From the NCBI GenBank assembly GCA_963820525.1, contig CAWGAA010000001.1:1440001-1504000 (forward strand): a stretch of 64,000 nt of DNA, read 5' to 3'. Source of the stretch: an uncultured Spirochaetota bacterium. GTDB lineage: Bacteria > Spirochaetota > Spirochaetia > SZUA-6 > Fen-1364. Made by a program: the position numbers and the translations under genes. Shown here in pieces: positions 59,317 through 64,000 of this stretch (within the stretch, counting starts at the first letter, position 1; every line of letters starts with the position of its first letter). A model generated the notes under the pieces. It did not search any database and was not told where the DNA came from. It worked only from the letters and a program-made list of their open reading frames with translations.

Positions 59317-62300
59317 TCGGCGTCCGCCCACGCGCGCGGCCTGTCGTAGCCTTTCCGCCTCGCATACTCCTCCGCCTGATAGGCGAAAGCCTGGAGGCGG
59401 GTCTCCACGCTCGAGTCCTCCTGGCCGTCGAAGGCGATATTCAGCCACGGAATTCCGTCGTGCTCTTCGCTGAACCGCGGAGATACCGCGGCAACAAGGG
59501 CTCCGGGAAGACAGGTGAACGGCAGGATGTTGACCACTCCCGAGATCCCCGTCTCGCACTGCCCGGCGACGCTTCCCAGCGAGATCGGCGGCTCACCGTC
59601 GTAATCCCGGTGGAGGTACGGCATGCAGAGGTCCAGCATCTTCTCTACGGGCAGATCGCGGTGCATCTCCACGCCCCCTTCCTCGGCCGCGCGGACCAGC
59701 CTCTCCTCCACCGCCTGCTGCAGGAATGCCTGTAGGCGGGATCGGGCGTATTCCAACGGTTTCCCTTTTCGCCTGCTGTCCCGAGTGAACCGGTAGGTGG
59801 AATAGCTGATCCAATCGCGCACGGGTCCCATGAGCGTCTCCATCCCCAGCTCCTCGAGCTTGCGGACCACGAAACCGTTGCAGAATGGGTTGTCCCGCAT
59901 GAAGATCTCGCCGATCACCGAGATGACCGGTTTCCGCCGCCCGCGGACGATCTCGATGCGCGCAAAGTCGGCCATGGCGTTTTTCAGCACGAGCGCAATT
60001 CCCCGGCCGCCATCCTCGATGCAGGAGACGGCATGCTCAAGATGCCGCAAGTACAGGGCCGCCGTCTCGCCCCGGTTGGCTTCATACGGGCCGCGCTCTT
60101 GTCGAAGCTTGCGCAGGATATCGACGGCGACAACCCCCCGCCACGCGGCGAGCCGGAACCGGATGCCGCCTCCGGCCGCGATGTCGGCGTACGAGTTGTC
60201 GTTTCGGGGATGCACGATCTCCGCCTCGGAGAAGCCGAGCCGGTCCAGAATGATCCTTTGAAGGCTGTTGTACTGCCCGAACCTGCAGGGGCCATTGTGG
60301 TCCGGCATGAAGAAGCTCACGGCTGAGGGGTCCACCCCCGGCTCCTCGAGCTTGCGGAGAAAGCTCCCCGTGGTGCAGATCATGGGGAAGCATTCGCGCG
60401 AAGAGGTATGCATCCTCCCCAGCTCTATGTCCCGCTGGTCCTGAGGCGGCAGGACGTCCGCCTTCATGCCGCAGGCCCGACATGCGGCGGCGAGGGCGAA
60501 CGCGCCGTCGGCCATATACGGGAAGTAGAGGGTCCGGGACCGCGTCGAGCTGCGGGTTTTGAGAGCCCCCCGCTCCGCTCCAGAACGCCGGACGGCCATC
60601 GCGGAAGGCCTCGCGAGGCGAGAGTTGGCTGCCGAGGAGCGTCGTCTCCCCTTCAGGCTGTCGAGGAAAGCCTCCAGCCGGGTTACCAGCCCCGCGTCTG
60701 CGCTATGCTCGTCCATTTCCACCTGGAGGTACGGCTTGCCTTTCAGCTCCTCGCGCAGATAGTGAGAGAGAAATGAGTCCGGGCCGCAGCGGAAGTTCCC
60801 GACGAAGATCGCCTTCAGCCGTTCGTCTCCAGCCACGATGCGCGCGGCCTGCAGGATCCTGCTGCCGTTCGGCCAGTACATCGACGGGTACTCGCCGAAG
60901 ATGTCCTCCTGCTCCAGCGGAAGGAAGTCCATGGGGATGGCGAGGACATCGAGGCTCCTGAGCTTTTCAACGAGATACAGATTCAGGGCAGGGTCTCCCG
61001 TGTTGTACGGCCGGCCGAGGATGACCGCCACGGTCTTCGACCCGGGCAGCGACGCGAGAACCTCCCGTCCTCGGGCCTTGATGCGCATCTGGTACTCTTT
61101 CTGGGCCTCCGCTGCCTCGCGGATGGCCCGCACCGTGTCCCGCGCCGATACGCCCAGCCTCTCCCCCATGAACCGCGATAGCTCATGATCCAGGAGTCCG
61201 CGCGAATAGCGGAAGTGAAGGGTGGGAACGAGGAGTTTCGAGATGTCCTTCCCGTCCTTCAGGGCTCCCCTCACCATGAAGGGGTAGCTCTGGATCCAGG
61301 GGCAGTTGCAGTTGTTGGTCGGATTTATGGGATCTGCCTCCTCGTTCACGACGAAGGGGAGAAAGACGCCGTCCACGCCTTTTTCCAATAGGTCGAAGAG
61401 GTGGCCGTGGATCACTTCCACGGGGAAACAGGTCTCCGCGGTGAGCGTCTCCAGGGAGCGCGCGATGAGCGCCTGATCCGTCGGACGCGAGAGGACCACC
61501 CGCATTCCGAGCCGGCCGAAGAACGTCCGCCAGAAGGGAAAATACTGGTAGAACGCGGACAGGGCCCGGGGCAATCCGATGGCGGTTCCCGCAGCGGCGC
61601 TCCCGCCTTCATCGTGCCCGCCCAGCAAGAGCCTCGTCCGCTCATCGAAGAGATCGGCGATGTCCCTCCCTCTGTTCTTCCTCTGCGGAACCTCGTAGCG
61701 CTCGCACCTCCCGCCGTAGAAAAGGGGCTTCGCTTCGCCCTCGATGCCCACTTTGCGGATCTCGCAGCGGTTGGGGCATGCCGTGCACGTGAAGCGGTCG
61801 AGAGACCAGGGCCGCTCGGCGATCGCGAATCCCTTGAAACGGGTCCGGCGGCTCCCCGTTGAATCTCGGGCGATCATCGCTGCTCCGATGGCCCCCGTCA
61901 CATCGAAATGGGGCGGGACGATGATCGGCCGGCCGACGACCTTTTGGAACGCCGAAACCACGGCCTGATTGTACGCCACGCCGCCCTGGAAGAAGATCCT
62001 CCTCCCGATCGGCTTGTCGCCCACCACCTTCTGGAGGTAGTTCTTAACGATCGAATAGGCCAGCCCGGCAATGAGGTTCTCGCGCGCTCCGCCTTTCTGC
62101 TGGCGGGAGTTCAGATCCGACTCCATGAATACCGTGCAGCGGTCCCCGAGCTGCGCGGGTTTCTCGGAGGAGAACGCGATCGAGGCGAACTCGCCGGCAA
62201 TGTTCACTCCGAGCTTCTCCGACTGCTCCTCGAGGAACGATCCCGTGCCCGCCGCGCAGACCTTGTTCATCTCGAAGTCGACCACCACGCCGTTCTCCAC

Positions 62301-63572
62301 GGAGATGAACTTCGAGTCCTGCCCTCCGATCTCGAAAATGGTGTCCACCGCGGGGTCCAGGGCGATCGCCGCGGTGGCCTGGGCCGTGATCTCGTTGACG
62401 ATGCGGTCCGCGCCGACAAAATCGCCCGTGAGATACCGGCCCGAGCCCGTCGTTCCCACGGCTTTCACCTCCACCCTGACCCCCACCTCGTCGCCGATTT
62501 CCTTCACGCCCTTCTGGATGGCCTCGAGGGGCCTGCCCGCAGTGGGAAGGTATCGCCGGGCGATCACCCTGTTCTCCCCGTCGATCAACACCACGTTGGT
62601 GCTGAGAGAGCCGACATCGACGCCCAGGAATACGGCAAGCCGTGAAGCTCCCGCCGCCATGGGGACGATCTCCAGGGAAGAGAGAGCGCGCGGGGCTTCA
62701 AGCGGTTCGAGATGGTCCCCATCCGGACCGCTTTCGGCGCGGTATCGGTCGAGGCCGCCGAGCCCATGTAAGGGTTCCGACGCCGGCTGCGGGCGGCTCC
62801 AGATGTGGAAAACGGCGCCAATGGCGCCCATGGACGCGTGGTGGGGCGGGATGATGAGCTCCCCGTCTGCGAGGCCGAAAATCTCACGGAAGGCTCTCAC
62901 CATCCCCGCGTTCGCCGCGACGCCGCCCTGGAACACCACCGGCTTTCCCAGGCTCTTCCCCCGGGCGAGCGTGCTCTTCACGTTGCGCGCGACGGCGAAA
63001 CACAAGCCGGCGATGATATCGTGGACGGGCGTGGCGATCTGCTGGTGGTGGATCATGTCGCTCTTTGCGAACACGCTGCACCGTCCCGCGATTCGCGGCG
63101 GGTCGACGGACCGCAGGGCGAGCCGGCCGAACTCTTCAACAATGGATACGTTGATTCGCCGCGCCTGTTGATCGAGAAACGAGCCGGTGCCCGCCGCGCA
63201 GATGCTGTTCATGACGACGTCGGAGAACGCCGCGTTCTTGAGGAAGATGAGCTTCGTGTCCTCGCCGCCCATCTCGATGATCGTCTGCGCCCGCGGGTAC
63301 AGGCGGCACACGGAGGCGGACTGGGCGACGATCTCGTTCACGAAAGTGCCGCCGACGAGCCGGGCGGCGAGCATCCCCCCCGTGCCCGTGACGGCGACCC
63401 TCCCGATCCGCTCCATCCCCCATCGTTCGATGATGTCGGCGAGCCGCTCTCTCACGACGTCAAACGGCTTTCCCCGGCAGAAGTCGTAGTGGTCTTCGAG
63501 GATCTCCCCACCGTCTTGCAGGAGCACGCTGTTGACGGAGATCGATCCGATGTCGATGCCCAGATCAGGCAT
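59268..63572 (-). CDS. Acyl-CoA dehydratase activase-like protein (two ASKHA ATPase domains plus DUF2229-type domains)
   Basis: Two copies of GID.GS, GG.D.K and CAAGTGSFL; C..C...C segment; CFP motifs; FRCGPDS, PFTCLP. Confidence 0.88.
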   Translation of the reverse strand: MPDLGIDIGSISVNSVLLQDGGEILEDHYDFCRGKPFDVVRERLADIIERWGMERIGRVAVTGTGGMLAARLVGGTFVNEIVAQSASVCRLYPRAQTIIEMGGEDTKLIFLKNAAFSDVVMNSICAAGTGSFLDQQARRINVSIVEEFGRLALRSVDPPRIAGRCSVFAKSDMIHHQQIATPVHDIIAGLCFAVARNVKSTLARGKSLGKPVVFQGGVAANAGMVRAFREIFGLADGELIIPPHHASMGAIGAVFHIWSRPQPASEPLHGLGGLDRYRAESGPDGDHLEPLEAPRALSSLEIVPMAAGASRLAVFLGVDVGSLSTNVVLIDGENRVIARRYLPTAGRPLEAIQKGVKEIGDEVGVRVEVKAVGTTGSGRYLTGDFVGADRIVNEITAQATAAIALDPAVDTIFEIGGQDSKFISVENGVVVDFEMNKVCAAGTGSFLEEQSEKLGVNIAGEFASIAFSSEKPAQLGDRCTVFMESDLNSRQQKGGARENLIAGLAYSIVKNYLQKVVGDKPIGRRIFFQGGVAYNQAVVSAFQKVVGRPIIVPPHFDVTGAIGAAMIARDSTGSRRTRFKGFAIAERPWSLDRFTCTACPNRCEIRKVGIEGEAKPLFYGGRCERYEVPQRKNRGRDIADLFDERTRLLLGGHDEGGSAAAGTAIGLPRALSAFYQYFPFWRTFFGRLGMRVVLSRPTDQALIARSLETLTAETCFPVEVIHGHLFDLLEKGVDGVFLPFVVNEEADPINPTNNCNCPWIQSYPFMVRGALKDGKDISKLLVPTLHFRYSRGLLDHELSRFMGERLGVSARDTVRAIREAAEAQKEYQMRIKARGREVLASLPGSKTVAVILGRPYNTGDPALNLYLVEKLRSLDVLAIPMDFLPLEQEDIFGEYPSMYWPNGSRILQAARIVAGDERLKAIFVGNFRCGPDSFLSHYLREELKGKPYLQVEMDEHSADAGLVTRLEAFLDSLKGRRRSSAANSRLARPSAMAVRRSGAERGALKTRSSTRSRTLYFPYMADGAFALAAACRACGMKADVLPPQDQRDIELGRMHTSSRECFPMICTTGSFLRKLEEPGVDPSAVSFFMPDHNGPCRFGQYNSLQRIILDRLGFSEAEIVHPRNDNSYADIAAGGGIRFRLAAWRGVVAVDILRKLRQERGPYEANRGETAALYLRHLEHAVSCIEDGGRGIALVLKNAMADFARIEIVRGRRKPVISVIGEIFMRDNPFCNGFVVRKLEELGMETLMGPVRDWISYSTYRFTRDSRRKGKPLEYARSRLQAFLQQAVEERLVRAAEEGGVEMHRDLPVEKMLDLCMPYLHRDYDGEPPISLGSVAGQCETGISGVVNILPFTCLPGALVAAVSPRFSEEHDGIPWLNIAFDGQEDSSVETRLQAFAYQAEEYARRKGYDRPRAWADADQIFSKRMSARGSPMK

Positions 63573-64000
63573 ACCGCCCCGGTGTCGAGGAAGTCATGGC
63601 GCATGTGCCGCTTTTATCCCAATGCTGCAGGCGATGGGCTTCGTGATCGCCCATCAGATCATCCACCTTTTTATCGTCATCCCCAGAAGAGAGTGACGGA
63701 ACCCGTGCGCTTTCAGTGTAGCCCCCGGGGGGCATTTGTCAAGAAGAGTCGGATGATCGGGGTATCGGCTCGCGGACATTCGCTTCGCGAATATCTGATC
63801 ATGAGGCGGGCCGGATCGACGTCGCTATCTCACATGCTCCATCCAGGACGGTCTTGGGGCGTTCTGAAGCCTGCCCGCCCACTGTGCACGGCCGGATTTC
63901 TCGCGGCATCGTGACGCTCCTCGCGCTCTGCCACGGCTCCATTCTAGCAGAAACCCTCCAAATGGAAAGTGCGCATATCCATCGTGCATTACCGCTTGAA

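Overview
High-GC chromosomal window with no rRNA, tRNA, CRISPR array, transposase or phage genes recognised. The protein styles (sugar-binding protein, chemoreceptor, TPR/transglutaminase protein) suggest a free-living spirochaete, but this is inference only. Contents in order: (1) a sugar-utilisation region (GH42, GH1, ABC transporter, YesM/YesN-type two-component pair, UroD/MtaA-family protein, class II aldolase, FGGY kinase); (2) signalling and transport genes (MASE1-PAS hybrid kinase, DUF6600/FecR-like protein, MCP, MFS, FAM173-like methyltransferase, a small HTH protein with a histone-H1-like tail); (3) a TCA operon (acn, mdh*, mdh, sucCD, sucAB, lpdA, gltA) back-to-back with a complete F-type ATP synthase operon whose subunits look Patescibacteria (CPR)-like; (4) a TetR operon with two matching operators, encoding a thioesterase, a SufS-like enzyme that looks like a fused pseudo-dimer, and a DUF2892 protein; (5) an LVIVD lipoprotein paired with a transglutaminase-like/TPR protein, then aldo-keto reductase, glutathione peroxidase, GT4, a 7TM-DISM GGDEF-EAL protein and an acyl-CoA dehydratase activase. 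Three single-base deletions in homopolymer runs suggest long-read assembly errors. Six genes appear to have leaderless or near-leaderless promoters. All family calls come from motif recognition, not database searches.
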